Below are positions 42,841 through 56,880 of a DNA stretch of 64,000 nucleotides, in pieces. The notes beneath the pieces are model-generated. The model ran no database searches. It was not told where the DNA came from and saw only the letters and a program-made list of their open reading frames with translations. Source of the DNA: Felis catus (Eukaryota); contig NC_058368.1 in assembly GCF_018350175.1 (NCBI RefSeq), positions 87,112,001 through 87,176,000 on the forward strand, in the 5' to 3' direction. The translations under genes and the position numbers were made by a program. Positions within the stretch are counted from its first letter, which is position 1. Each line of letters opens with the position of its first letter.

Positions 42841-43909
42841 ATTTCTTGGCTGATGATCTCTATCATGATCATGATTGCTTTGTGCTTAAGAATTATATAA
42901 TTGGCCTAATTGGTCCTCATCAAGAATTTGTTGGGAATGTACCTACCTTGGTGGTCACAAAATATTTGCAAATGTAGAAGAAAAATTTCCTATTATGATG
43001 CCACTTGCCTGAATATGTCACAATGAAGTGTTGTGTTTCCTCCCGTGCTGTTGCCCAAAAATGACCAGAAATTTGAAGGCTACAAAAGTCAAAGTGTTGG
43101 AGGATTTGAGGAGGTCCTATCCACCATCCTTTTTAGGATCAGAACCTAGTTGAAAATATTTGCCTGAATGATGAATGTTGCAGTTTGGTTTGACAAACTG
43201 CACAGATTTGTGGCCTTACTGCATGTGTCCGGAATGTAAGTATTTAACCTTTCATTAGCACACCTGTTATAAATATTCTTCCTGTAACTTCCCGGGAACT
43301 TTTCTCTCAGCAGATTTCATGGTGCACTTTTCCCCAGGCATATTGTCTCTTGTCTGGACTACCTCAGCTGCCTTTAGTGCTCTGATACTCTGTTGTTTTC
43401 TTTGACACTAGGAATTAGCAAATTTTAAGGTTTCTAGTGCTTATGTTCTAACAATATTAGAGGTAAAGCTGTAGAAATTGATGTTATTATGCACTTATCA
43501 CTGATAGAAAAGCAGGTGGTTTTAGATTTGTTGTAAGTATAAAGTTAAAATTATATATAATTTAGTAATCTTAATTTTGTCACTGTAGAATAACATAAAA
43601 ATCTCTATTATTCAAAATGTTCTTAGAACAAGCTCTTTTGTCATTCTGCTATGTCCTCAATAATTAATAGGAAAAGAAGAAGAACAAGAAGAAGAGGAGG
43701 AGGAGGAGGAAGGAGGAAGTCAATAAAAATATTTTCACATATTCCTCAAAATAAAATTTGAACATTCTGCTTTCTTTTCCAGTAGAAAGACACATCATAC
43801 TGAGGACAATTAATCAGGTTTTATGGTTAAATTACATATGCATGGGCATTTCCTTCTCCTATTTTCTTTCTTTTTTAAATTAAGTCCATTTCTTTCTTTT
43901 TTTAAAGTA

Positions 43910-44120
43910 TGAGCCTGGGTGGCTCAGTTGGTGAAGCGTCCGACTTCGGCTCAGGTCATGATCTCGTGGTTTGTGAGTTCCATCCCTGCGTAGGGCTCTG
44001 TGATGACAGCTCAGAGCCTGGAGCCTCCTTTGGATTCTGTGTTATTCCTCTCTCTTCCCCTCCCATGCTTATGCTGTGTCTCTCTCTGTCTTTCAATATT
44101 AAATATACGTTTAAAAAATT
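43910..44120 (+). mobile_element. CAN-SINE
   Basis: gcctgggtggctcagttggtgaagcgtccgacttcggctcagg. Confidence 0.9.
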
Positions 44121-44299
44121 TAAGTATGCCAACACCTTTAATTTTTTACGAAGATATACTTGACATATAATATTGTAGAAGTATAAGATGTATAAGATAA
44201 TGTGTTGATTTGATACATTCATACAGCACAAAATGATTACCACCTGCATTGTCAATTAGCTACCAGCTCTATCCTATCACTGTGATTTTTTTTCACTTC

Positions 44300-45010
44300 A
44301 AAACAATTTTTAATTGATATAGTTGACATGAAAAGTTAACTTACATTCAGGTGTACAACATAGTGATTCAACAATTTTGTACATTACACTATACTCACCA
44401 CAACTGTAGCTACCATCTGCCCCATTACAAACTATTATAGTATAATTTACTACATTCCTTATGCTGTCCCTTTTATACCCATGACTTCTTCATTCCATAA
44501 CTGGAAGCCTGTACCTTCCACTCCCCTTAGCCCATATTACCCAACACCCCCCACTCTTTTCCCCCTGGGAACAATCAGTTTTTTCTTTGTACTTGTAGGT
44601 CTGATTCTAATTTTATATTTTGTTCATTGGGTGTTTTTTTTTAATTTTTTTTTCAACGTTTATTTATTTTTGGGACAGAGAGAGACAGAGCATGAACGGG
44701 GGAGGGGCAGAGAGAGAGGGAGACACAGAATCGGAAACAGGCTCCAGGCTCTGAGCCATCAGCCCAGAGCCCGACGCGGGGCTCGAACTCCCGGACCGTG
44801 AGATCGTGACCTGGCTGAAGTCGGACGCTTAACCAACTGCGCCACCCAGGCGCCCCTCATTGGGTTTTTTTAAGATGCCACATATGAGTGAAATCATATG
44901 GTATTTGTCTTTATCAGTTTGATTTTTTTCCCTTAGCAGAATACCCACTGGGTCTATCAATGTTGTCTTAAATGGCACAATCTCTTCCTCTGTATGACTA
45001 ATATTCCACT
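44300..45010 (-). mobile_element. L1 3' fragment containing a young SINEC_Fc (44635-44856, minus)
   Basis: L1 3'UTR reverse complement; SINE TSD tcattggg(t/g)tttt. Confidence 0.85.
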
Positions 45011-46019
45011 TAAACTAGACACAAAAATCAAAGTGAAAGAATAGAGGGCCCAGAAATAAACCTACAATTATATGGTCAATTAATTTATGACAAAGGAGGA
45101 AAGAATATACGATGAATAAAAGATGGTCAATTAATTTACGACAAAGGAGGAAAGAATATACGATGAATAAAAGACAGTCTTTTCAACAAATGGTGGTAGG
45201 AAAACAACAGCTACATGCAAAAAGAATACAACTGGATCACTTTTTGACAGCACACACAAAAACAAACTTAGAATGGATTAAAGATCTAAATGTGATACCT
45301 GAAACTATAAAAATCCTAGGAGAAAGCACAGGCAGTAATTTCTTTGAAATAGGCGAATGCAACATTTTTCTAGATATGTCTCCTGAGACAAGGGAAACAA
45401 AAGCAAAATTAAACCATTGGGACTACATTAAAATAAAAAGCTTTTGCACAGTGAAGAAAATCATTAAATAAAATGAAAAGGCAACCTATTGGATGGGAGA
45501 AGCTATTTGCAAATCATACACTTGATAAGGGGCTAAATCCAGAACATATAAAGAACTTACATAATTTAATGTCAAAAAACAAAAAACCCAAGTTTTAAAA
45601 ATGAGCAGACTTGAATAGACATTCTTCTAAGCAGATATACCAACGGTCAACAGGCTCATGAGACTATACTCAACATCACTAGTATCAGGAAAACCAAATC
45701 AAAACCACAATGAGATATCACCTCACATCTGTCAGTTTGACTATTATTATAAGACAAAAATAAAAAGAATTGGTGAGCATGTGGAGAAAAGGGAACATTC
45801 ATACACTGTTGGTAAAAATATAAATTGGTGTAGTATAGAGGTTTCTCAAAAAATTAAAAACAGAACTACCATATGATCCAACAATTCCAGTTCTAGGTTT
45901 TCACCCAAAGAAAGTGAAAACACCTATTTGAACTCATATATTCATTGCATTATTATTTATAATATCCAAAATATGGAAGCAACTAAGTGCCCATTAACAG
46001 ATGAATGGGTAAAGATGTG

Positions 46020-46117
<98 letters not shown>

Positions 46118-46535
46118 CTTGGATGGACCTTGAGGGTATTATGCTAAATGGAATAAGTCAGAAAAAGACAAATATGATTTAAGTTATATGTGTAATCTGA
46201 AAAAGAAATAAGCAAACAAAACAGAAACAGACTCCTAGAAACAGGGAAAAATATCTGTTGGTTATCAGAGATGGGAGGTGTTGGGAATGGGTAAAATAGG
46301 TGAAGGGGTTAAGAAGTATAAATTTTCAGCTATAAAACTAATAAATCTTAAGGATGTAAAGTACATCATAGGGAATAAAGTCAATAATAATTTAATAACT
46401 TTGTATGGTGACAGATGGTACCTGGACTCATGGAGATTGTTTCAGAATATAAAAAGATCTAATAACTATGATGTATAGCTAAAATTGATTGGATATTGTA
46501 TGTCAGTTATACTTCAATTAAAAAAAGAAAAAGAA
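45011..46535 (+). mobile_element. 5'-truncated older L1 with a 51-bp internal tandem duplication and (CA)n(TA)n
   Basis: ORF 45112-45471 contains WDYIKIKSFCT; 3'UTR and A-tail ~46520-46540. Confidence 0.88.
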
Positions 46536-47016
46536 AAGAAACAATATGAAAATACCTAATTGAATAGATTATTATCAAAATTGCCCTCTCTATGGGTCCC
46601 TAGATACATTGTAATAAGCCACAGAAAATGGAGCTCATCCAGTTGGGGAGCTGAGCCCTGCCTTATCCTGGAAATGAAACAAGCCCATAGAGAGTTATTA
46701 AAGCTACTGATGCAAACTTTTACTCTGGATAGTGGATCCAGAATCCCTGACAGTAAAGGGTCTGCATTCTTGAAGCACATCATGTCTGTGGTGCTCATGG
46801 TGCACAGCTCATGGGCTGTGCTTTGTTAGAATATATGTTGGTGAAAAGGTTCTCAGTAAGAATGACACAGAACTGGCTTTAGGATGTGGAGTACCCCATA
46901 CCCCATCTTCCTGGACCAGAGATCAGCATTCTTACTTTCTAAAAAAAAAATTAGTTAGTTAGTTAGAATTGCTTTTTTTAAAAAAAACTGTATTTATTTA
47001 AAGTATACAACATGAT

Positions 47017-50000
47017 GGGGGAGATCTCAGGAAGATGGCAGAGTAGAAGGACCCTGACCTCAGCATATCCTATATTTTCAACTAGATATCATCCACATTC
47101 AAGTTAATAAACCAGAGAGGGATCCCAAGACTGACAGAACAAACTCCACAACTAAATACAGAGACATTGAATCTGAAAGATTAAGAAAGGGGAGCTCCTG
47201 GGTGAGTTAGTTGGTAAGTATTCAACTCAGTTTAGGCTCAGGTCCTGATCTCATGGTCCCTGAGATCAAGTCCCATGTAGGGCTCTGCATAGTGCACAGC
47301 CTGCTTGGGAATCTCTTTTCTTCTCTCTCTCTCTCTCTGCCCTTCCCACCTTGTGCTCTCTCTCTCTACCTCAAAATAAATAAACTTTAAAAAAATAAAA
47401 TCTTAAAAAAATAATTCTTGAAAGGTTAGGAGAGTCAGATAGCCAAAGGGAGGTTGCTTGTAGGAGAGAGAGCAGGAGCTCTGCATTCAGAGAGGGCACA
47501 GAAATAGGCCTTCACCAGGGAGCCCAATCAGGAAGACTAATCTTCACAATATTTGTCTTTAACATCCAAAGGAGCTGAATTTCATGAGTTTTTTTTTTTT
47601 AACCAGTGAGACATGGAGCCTGGAACATTAAAAGTCAACTGACTCAGCACTGGACAAGTCAGGAAAGCAAGTGATACCTGAGTCACAAATCTAAGATACA
47701 GCAACCTGTGCAGAGAGGCAGTATAAAAACTGGCAGGTTACTCAATGTTGGGCACTAATGAGAGACAGATCTGTTCATACTGTTTCCAGAGCATGTTGGG
47801 GGACTTCTTTAAAAAGTAGGGAGATGGCAGATGCCATTTTCCTCCCCTGCCCGTCAGCATAAACACAGAGCCACCTGCAGGAAGTCAGGTTGCACAGACA
47901 TTTGTAGCCTAAATCCAGGTCTCATGTCACATTTTGTTAAATCTCCAAATGGGCCTACCCACCATCACAAACCAGGCCCAGCCATGCCCAGCCATGCCAT
48001 GGTGCACTGTGCTCAGCCTCACACACACCCACTGCCCCCTGTGAAATCCCCCAGCTGCTACAGTGCTTCAGGGGATCCAGCATAAGACTAGTGGCTAAAC
48101 ACAAATTCTGCTAATACCACATGCTACTCCCAAGTTCCCTGGCAGACATGGTTCCTTAGAGCTCATCTGGCAGGGTTTTATAATGCAACAAAGAGCTAGC
48201 AAGACCCACAACAGGCAGAGAGTCGGTGCAGAAAACCACACTCAAAAGAAAGGTGACTCAGACACAACAGCAGAGTGTAAGCAACACAGATAGGACACTC
48301 TCCTGAAGAGCCAGGTTCTGGTGAACAGGTGATAATGCACTGCAGGGCATGACAGGACCTCCTCTTCATAAAGTCACTACTGTCAAGAGCACAAGACACA
48401 GTTGAATTTCTCAACACAAAGAAACACACACACAACCAAAAACCGTAAGATACCTAGGAATAAACCTTAACCAGAGAAGTAAAAGATTTGTATTCTAAAA
48501 TCTATAAAACACTTATAAAATAAATTTGAGTTAAAAGAAATAAAGAAATGGAAAACATTTCATGCTCATGGACTGGAAGTACAAACATTTTTATATACTT
48601 TTATTTTTTTAATTATAGGTAATTACATTATGATTTATATATTCATAGTAAATAAGGGTGTTTTTGTAATTTACATACAAGTTCATTAGCATATAGTGCA
48701 ACAATGATTTCAGTAGATTCCTTAATGCCCCTTACCCATTTAGACCATCCCCCCTCCCACAATCCTTCCATCAATCCTCTGTTCTCCATATTTAAGTATT
48801 TTATGTTTTTCCCCCTCCCTGTTTTTTTTTTTTCTAATTTTTTTTTCAACGTTTTATTTTTATTTTTGGGACAGAGAGAGACAGAGCATGAACGGGGGAG
48901 GGGCAGAGAGAGAGGGAGACACAGAATCGGAAACAGGCTCCAGGCTCTGAGCCATCAGCCCAGAGCCCGACGCGGGGCTCGAACTCACCGACCGCGAGAT
49001 CGTGACCTGGCTGAAGTCGGACGCTTAACCGACTGCGCCACCCAGGCGCCCCTCCCCCTCCCTGTTTTTAAATTATTTTTGCTTCCCTTCCTTTATGTTC
49101 ATCTGTTTTGTATCTTAAAGTCCTCATATGAGTGAAGTCATATGATATTTGTCTTTCTCTGACTAATTTTGCTTAACATATGCCCTCTAGTTCCATCCAC
49201 GTAGTTGCAAATGGTATGATTTCATTCTTTTTTATTGCTGAATAATACTCCATTGTATATATACACCATATCTTCTTTATCCATTCATCCATCAGTGGAC
49301 ATTTGGGCTCTTTCCATACTTTGGCTATTGTAGATAGTGCTGCTATAAACATTGGGGTACATGTGCCCCTTCAAAACAGCACACCTGTATCCCTTGGATA
49401 AATACCTAGTAGTGCAATTGCTGGGTCATAGGGTAGTTTTGTATTGTTGTTGGGTTTTTTGTTTTTGTTTTTGTTTTTGTTTGTTTTTGTTTTTGTTTTT
49501 TAGGAAACTCCATACTGTTTTTCCAGAGTGGCTGCCCCTGGTTTGCATTCCCACCAGCAGTGCAAAGGAAATCCTCTTCCTCCACATCCTTGCCAATATC
49601 TGTCATTGCCTGAGTTGTTAACTTTAGCCATTCTGACTGGAGTAAGTGTTATCTCATTGTGGTTTTAATTTGTATTTCCCTGATGATGAGTGATGTTGAG
49701 CATTTTTTCATGTTGGCCTTCTGGATATCTTTTTTGGAAGTGCCCATTCATGTCTTTTGCCCATTTCTTCACTGGATTATCTGTTTCTTGGGTGTTGAGT
49801 TTGATAAGTTCTTTATAGATTTTGGATACTAACACTTTATCTGACATGTCGTTTGCAAATATCTTCTCCCATTCCATAGGTTGCCTTTTCGTTTTGTTGA
49901 TTGTTTCCTTCACTGTGCAGAATCTTTTTTTTTTTTGATGAGGTCCCAATAGCTCAGTTTTGCTTTTGTTTTCCTTGCCTCCAGAGATGTGTTGAGTAAG

Positions 50001-50985
50001 AATGCTGGGCCGAGGTCAAAGAGGTTTTTGCCTGCTTTCTCTTCTAGGATTTTGATGGCTTCCTGTCTTACATTTAGGTCTCTCATCCATTTTTTAGTTT
50101 ATTTTTGTGTATGGTATAAGAAAATGGTCTAGGTTCATTTTTCTGCATGTTGCTGTTCAGTTCTCCCAGCACTATTTGCTGAAGAGACTGTCTTTATTCA
50201 ATTAGATATTCTTTCATGATTTGTCAAAGGTTAGTTGGCCATACATTTGTGGGTGCATTTCTGGGCTCTCTATTCTGTTCCACGGATCTGAGTGTTTTTG
50301 TGCCTCTACCATATTTTTTTCATGATTACAGCTTTGTAATATATCTTGAATGGATGTACAAATATATTTTTTTAAGTTCATACTACCCAAAGCAATCTAC
50401 ACATTTAATGCAATCCCTACAAAATACCAATAGCATTTTTCACAGAGCTAGGACAGACCTATGGTACCACAAAAGATCCTGAATAGTCAAAACAAACTTG
50501 AAAAAGAGAAGCAAAGATGAGGCATCAAGATTCTGGACTTCAAGCTGTATATACACACAGATATATAATATATATACACACACGCACAAATAGGAATATT
50601 ACTCAGCCATTAGGAAGAACGAAATCTTGCCATTTGCAATGAATGACTTGTATGGTGCTAGACTTATTATGCTAAGAAAAATAAGTCAGTCAGAGAAAGA
50701 CAAATACTATATGATTTCAATTATGTGTGGAATTTAAGAAACAAAACAGATGAATATGGCAGAAAGAAGAAAAAGGAGAGAGCAAGATAAATCATAAAAG
50801 AGACTTTTAACTATAAAGAACAAACTGAGGGTTGCTGGAGGACAAGCAGATGGGAGATGAGCTAAATGCGTGATGGTCATTAAAGTGGGCACTTGTTGTG
50901 ATGACCACTGGGTGTTATATGTAAATGATGAATCACTGAATTTTACTCCTGAAACCAAAAACAACAACAGCAACAGCAAAAACAA
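47017..50985 (+). mobile_element. Older L1 with 5'UTR but large internal losses, carrying a SINE (47190-47410) and an inverted L1 (48655-50345)
   Basis: ggaagatggcagagtagaagg start; jump at ~48435 to ORF2 aagatacctaggaataaacc; ORF2 resumes ~50355; 3'UTR 50590-50960. Confidence 0.7.
48655..50345 (-). mobile_element. 5'-truncated L1 with nested young SINEC_Fc (48822-49052)
   Basis: ORF 49665-49949 [23 protein letters not shown] tccccctccctgttttt. Confidence 0.9.
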
Positions 50986-50989
50986 TAAA

Positions 50990-51299
50990 ACAATATTCAC
51001 CACGCTGTTCATTAGATCCTCAGAACTTAATTATCTAATAACTAAAAGTTTGTACCCTTTGAGTAGTATCTCCCAATTTTTCCCACTCCCTAGCCCTTAA
51101 CAACCTTCATTTTATTATCTGCTTCTATGAGTTTGAATTCCTTCCTTCCTTCCTTTACCTCTCATTTTCTTTCTTTCTTTCTTCCTTTCTTTCTTTTTTT
51201 CTTTCTTTCTTTCTCTTTCTTTCTTTCTTTCTTTCTTTCCTCTTCCCTTTTTCATTTCCACATGTAGATTACATTATACAGTATTTTTATGCTGTATTT

Positions 51300-51335
<36 letters not shown>

Positions 51336-51630
51336 TTTCTTTCTTTCTCTTTCTTTCTGTCTTTCTTTCTTTCCTTTTCCCTTTTTCATTTCCACATGTA
51401 GATGACATTATACAGTATTTTTCTCTCTGTATGACTTATTTCACTTAGCATAACACCCTCCAGTTTCACCAATGTTGTTTCAAATGGCAGGATTTCACTT
51501 TTATGGCTGAATAATATTCCATTATATATTTGTATATCCATATTTTCTTTATCTATTCACCCTCCAATAGACACAGGTTATTTCCATATTTTGGCTACTA
51601 TGAATAATGTTACAATGAACATGGAAAACC
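50990..51630 (-). mobile_element. L1MA-like 3' fragment with (TTTC)n and a local duplication
   Basis: attagatcctcagaactta...aaagtttgtaccctttg; block catttccacatgtagat(t/g)acattatacagtattttt occurs twice. Confidence 0.75.
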
Positions 51631-52399
51631 AGGTACATAAAAAGGGGGCTTAACACCACTCGTCATTAGGAATTGCAAATAAAAACCGTAATAAGATAGC
51701 ACTTCACACCTGCTGGAATCTTTATTTTCAAAAAGATAAAAGATAACAAAAATAAGTGAGAATGTGGAAAAAAGGAACTTATGTGCATTGTTAGTAGGAC
51801 TCTAAATTGATACAGATACTGTGGAAAACAGTATGGATGTTCCTCAGCATCCACAGTTTAAATCTCAATTAATTCCATAGATCATGATCAGTTAAGCAAA
51901 GAAACAGTAAAAAAAAATAATAATAACCCAGTCAAATAGCATCCTGCTTTTGTTTTTCCCAAACCAGCAAGCTGCTCTAATGTATCTGTGGTATTAGAAA
52001 AATTTCTTTTCTATTTCTGTAAGTAGACTGAATGATACTCAGATGCTAACCTGTGTTTCAGCAAAGATGGTGAACAATAATAGGATGTGTATTTGTGGGT
52101 GTATGTGTATGTGAATGTGTGCAGCCATGCACACAGGTATCATGAGTCTTTGCCTAAGTAAAATTTGTCTTCTCAAATTGTCTGGAAGGGATGTAAGAAC
52201 TCACATGCTAGCCTGAGAGGTGTCCTTTGTGACATTGTTTCTGTATTGCTTGCTTAAATGAGAGTTTTAGAATTTGTCAGAGCTAACTAACATGAGGGTA
52301 TAAGCTTTCAGCTATAGGATTCATAAGTTCTGGTGGTGTAATATACAACACAGTGATTGTAGCTAAAAATCCTGTTATATACTTGAAATGTGCTAAAAT

Positions 52400-52600
52400 G
52401 GGCACCTGGGTAGCTCAGTCAGTTGAGCATCTGACTCTTGATTTCAGCTCAGGTCATGATCTCATAGTCATGAGAACAAGCCCCATGTTGGGCACTGTCC
52501 TGAGTGTGGAACCTGCTTAATATTCTTTCTCTCTTCCTCTGTTCCTCTCTCCCACTCCCACTCTCACTCTCTTTCTTTTTGCGGAAAATTAAAAAAAAAA
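52400..52600 (+). mobile_element. Older CAN-SINE
   Basis: ggggcacctgggtagctcagtcag head. Confidence 0.85.
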
Positions 52601-52857
52601 GGAATGTGCTAAAAGAATAAGTCTATGTTCTCACCACACACAGAGGGGAAAAAAGGCAAAAATGTGTGGCGATGGATAGGTTAATTATCTTAATTAAGGG
52701 AATCATTTTGCAATGCATACATATGTAAAAATATTGCTATGCACACCTTAAATATATACATTTGTCAATCATGTCTCAATAAAACAGAAAAAAAAGTGAA
52801 CTTTTTCCTCTTAAGGCATTGACCATTGTTCTGAACTTTTAGAATTGAAAAACCACC

Positions 52858-53260
52858 GTGCTATGGACTGAATTATGTCCCCCCCCCCATTCATATTTTG
52901 AAGGCTTGATTCTAGTACCTTAGAATGCATATTTGAATATAGAATCCTTAAAGCAGTAACTAACTTGAAATAAGGCCAATAGGGTGGGTAGTAATCCAAA
53001 ATGACTGGTGTTATAAAAAGAGATTTGGACACGCAGACACCAGAAATGCACACATAGAGGGGAAAAAAAAAGCATGTCAAGACACAAAAAGGTGTTACCA
53101 TCTACAAGCCAAGGAGAGATGTCTCAGGAGAAACCAACCCTGATGGAACCTTGATCTTTATAGAACCGTATCCTCCAGAACAGTGAGAAATAAATTCCTG
53201 TTGTTTTAGATACTCATTTTTTTCATATTTTGTTCTACCAACATTAGCAAACTAATGCAT
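52858..53260 (+). mobile_element. MaLR MLT1A-like solo LTR
   Basis: tgctatggactgaattatgtcccc...ctacaagccaaggagagatgtctcaggagaaaccaaccctg...tagcaaactaatgca. Confidence 0.85.
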
Positions 53261-54289
53261 ATGTTCCCATCACAGTTTGCCACACACATATTAACTCACT
53301 AACACAAACACAAGGAAAGAAAAATTGAAAGTGCATTTCTTTCACTGTAGATGGGAGTTACACTGGAGATTGGGGGCAGGGGGACACAATTCAGTCCATA
53401 ACACCACCCAAACAAAGATTCAGTAGAGGCAGTTAGCTACATAAATCTGAAGTTTGGCATAGAGGTGCTGGTCACAGATATAATTTGGAAAGTCTTCAGG
53501 ATTTGGTTAGTATTTGAAGGGATTACACTAGGTCACTAAGGAAGTGCATGAAATATAAAAGAAACATCACTTAGAAGTGCAAGCTTATGTGCAGTCCTTG
53601 CTCTATCCTTTAATAGCCATTTGACCTTTAGCAAGCCCATTCAAAGCCCCAGGGGCCCCATTTCTAAGGTGGCATTCATAATAGCCCTTTACAGAGTTAA
53701 ATTAGGAGTAATTGGATAATTCAGGGATAATTCAAAAATCAGATAAAATTATTTTGGATGTAAAATGACTCATATTGAAGTAAATCATGTCAATTGCATA
53801 TTCCAATGACTATATTCCTGTGTTATATCAAATGCATTATGTACTCCTAAACAGAATAGACCCAGAATCATTCATTCATTGATTAATAATAATAATAATA
53901 ATGTATATGTATTGGATGCTGTCATATCAAGGCATATATTAGGATAAGGCACAATGTAATAGTAACTAGGGTAAATATAGCCCTTACCTTCACAGAATTT
54001 AAAAATTTAGAATTATATTCTGCAAATCTTTTAATATACATATCAAAAAATGGAAGGCAAGTGATTTAAGAGGCTAGACTAATAGCCAGAACTAGTTAGT
54101 TGAAGTGCAATGTGCAAATCCAGTCTTGACAAATTTCAAAGGCCAAATTCTTAGTAATTATGCTTACCCAAATGTTTACACAAACTGAAGAGTAAATTAA
54201 TCATGGTTCAGTTGGGGACCAGTGCTAGAGAAATAAGAAATACTATCCAGTGAAATTATTCCATAATATATGTAAAAGTGTATTGCTCT

Positions 54290-56880
54290 CAGATAAAGAC
54301 ATTGAAGACAGGAGAATTGCAGAACAATGTACTTTATGAATATAGATACAAAAATCTTCAAAGAAAATAGCAAATTAAATCTTTCAGAGCATACTGAAAA
54401 CATTATATGCCAAGTCAGATTTATTACAGGAATGCAAAGATGATTCAACATACAAAAATCAATTCATGTAATTTAAGAAGGAAACCGCTTCAACATAATA
54501 ACGTAATATGTTTTTAAAAACTCACAGCTATGGGGCACCTGGGTGGCTTAGTTGAGCATAGAACGTCAGCTCAGGTCATGATCTCACAGTTCATGAGTTC
54601 AAGCCCCACATGAGGCTTGCTACTGTCAGCACAGGGCCTGCTTCAGATCCTCTGTCCCCCCATCTGCCCCTCTCCTGCTCACCCTCTCTCTCTCTCAAAA
54701 ATAAATAAATATTTAAATAAAGTAAAGTAAAGTAAAAATAAAAACCCACAGCTAACATCATACTCAATTGTGAAAACCCAAGATTACTCCTAAATTCAGG
54801 AAGAAGTCAATGGTGTCCACTTTATCATCTCTATTCAACATTGTGTTGAAGTTCTAGCCTCAGTATTTAGGCAAACAAGAGAGATAAAAGACTTCCAAAA
54901 TGAAAATTGAGAAGTAAAATGATCTCTACTCACAAATGGCATGATTTTTAATGTGTACAATGCTGAGGAATCCACAAAATTATTAAAGTTAATAAAGGAA
55001 TTCATTAAAGTTGCAAGATATTTGATCAAACACAAAATGCAGTTGTATTTTTGTACACTATCAATAAACAATTCCAAAAGGAAGTTAACAGAATAATTCT
55101 ATCTACAACATCATGGGAGAAAAAAGATACTTAGGAATAAATTTGAGGATATTTAAGACTGAAAACAACAAACTATTAATGAAAAGAATTGAAGACCTAA
55201 ACAAATAGAAAGGCATCCATGTCTATGAATGGAAAGACCTAATATCACTACGATGGTAATATCCCCCAAAGTGATCTATGGGTTTAATGCAATGCCTATC
55301 AAAATACCAATGTTTTCTCTTGTCATTGCTGCAAAAATAGAAAAGCCAATCATCAAATTCATATTGAATTACAAAGGACCCAGAATCGCCAAAACAACAT
55401 TGGAAAAAAAAAATAACAAATTTGGAGACCTCACATTTTCCAATTTCAAAACTCACTACAGAGCTATAGTAATCAAAAGTGTGGTATTTACATAACTATA
55501 TACATGTAGACCAGTGGTACAGAAATAAACTCATAGATCTATGGCAACTGATTTTAGATAAAGGTGCCAAGACCACTCAATGGGAAAAGAACGGTTCCTT
55601 CAACAAATAGTTCTGGAACAACTGGATAAATATCTGTTTAAATAATGAAGTTGAATCCCTATCTTATGCCATATTTAAACAAGAATAATAAATACGTAAG
55701 TAAGTAAATAAGGATAAATGACCTAATAATAAGAGCTAAAATTATAAAACTCTTGGAAGAAAATACAGAAGAACCACTTCATGACTTGATTTGGCAATGG
55801 TTTCCTAAATATGACACCCTAAACATAAGAAGCAAAAGAAAAAATAGACAATTGGACTTCATAAGGAAAAAAAATTATCAAAACACACTACAAAAAAGAG
55901 TGGGGAAAAAAAGCGGCAACACAGAAGAAAATATTTGCATATCATGTATCTGATATAAGCAGAATATATAAATAACTCTTCTCTTAACAACAAAAAGACA
56001 CAAGTAATGCAGTTAAAAGTGGACAAAGGATCTGAATAAAACTGTTCTAAAAAAGATAAATTCACCAAAAGTACATAAATAGATGCACAATATCATCAAT
56101 CTTTAGGGTATGAAAATAAAAAACACAGTGGAATCTGATTTCACACTCACAGGATTATTACAAAAAAATGTTTAAGTGGCAAATAAAAAATATTTGCAAA
56201 AATGTGGAGAAATTAGAACATACAGTGCAGTACTTGTAGGAATGTAAATGGTGCAGTCACTGTAAAAAGTTTGGCAGTTCTCCAATAAGTTAAACACAGA
56301 ATTATCATATGACCCAGGGGTTCCACTCCTAGCTGCACACCTGAAATAACTGAAAAAAGACATTCAAACAAAACTTGTAGAGAAATGTTCACAGAAGCTC
56401 TATTCACAATAGCCAAAAGTAGAAACAGCCAAAATATCCATCAACAAATATATCCAATGTTCATCAGCAGATGAATAGGTAAATATAATATGGTGAAGTC
56501 ACACAATGGAATATTCATTCAGCTATCAGAACAAATGAAATACTGATATATGCTACAGTGTGGATAAACCTTGAAAACTTATGCTAAGTGAAAGAATCCA
56601 AACACAAAAAGCCATAAAATATCTGATTTCATTTATGTGGAATATTCAAAATAGGCAGATTCTTAAAGACAGAAAGCAGTTTAGTGGTTGCCAGAGCCTG
56701 GAGAGAGAAAGCAAATGAACAGTAACATCTGGGGTGACAAAAAAGTTCTGGAACAAGATGTTGGTGATAGTTGCACTATTTTGTGAATGCACATCATTCA
56801 CCTATTTGTATACTTCAAAAATTGTTAGGACAGTAAATTTATATGTTGTATGCATTTTAATACAATAAAAAATAATCTCA
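54290..56880 (+). mobile_element. Old L1 (L1MA/L1MB-like) 3' half with nested CAN-SINE (54532-54740)
   Basis: ORF 55229-55495 is ORF2-like; old-type 3'UTR ending caataaa; SINE TSD aaaac(t/c)cacagcta. Confidence 0.85.

Noticed and set aside
53640..53730. CCCCAGGGG plus TAATTG, resembling an OR promoter O/E and homeodomain pair
   Set aside because: Lies in MIR-like sequence ~7 kb from the CDS; the motifs are too short to support a call.
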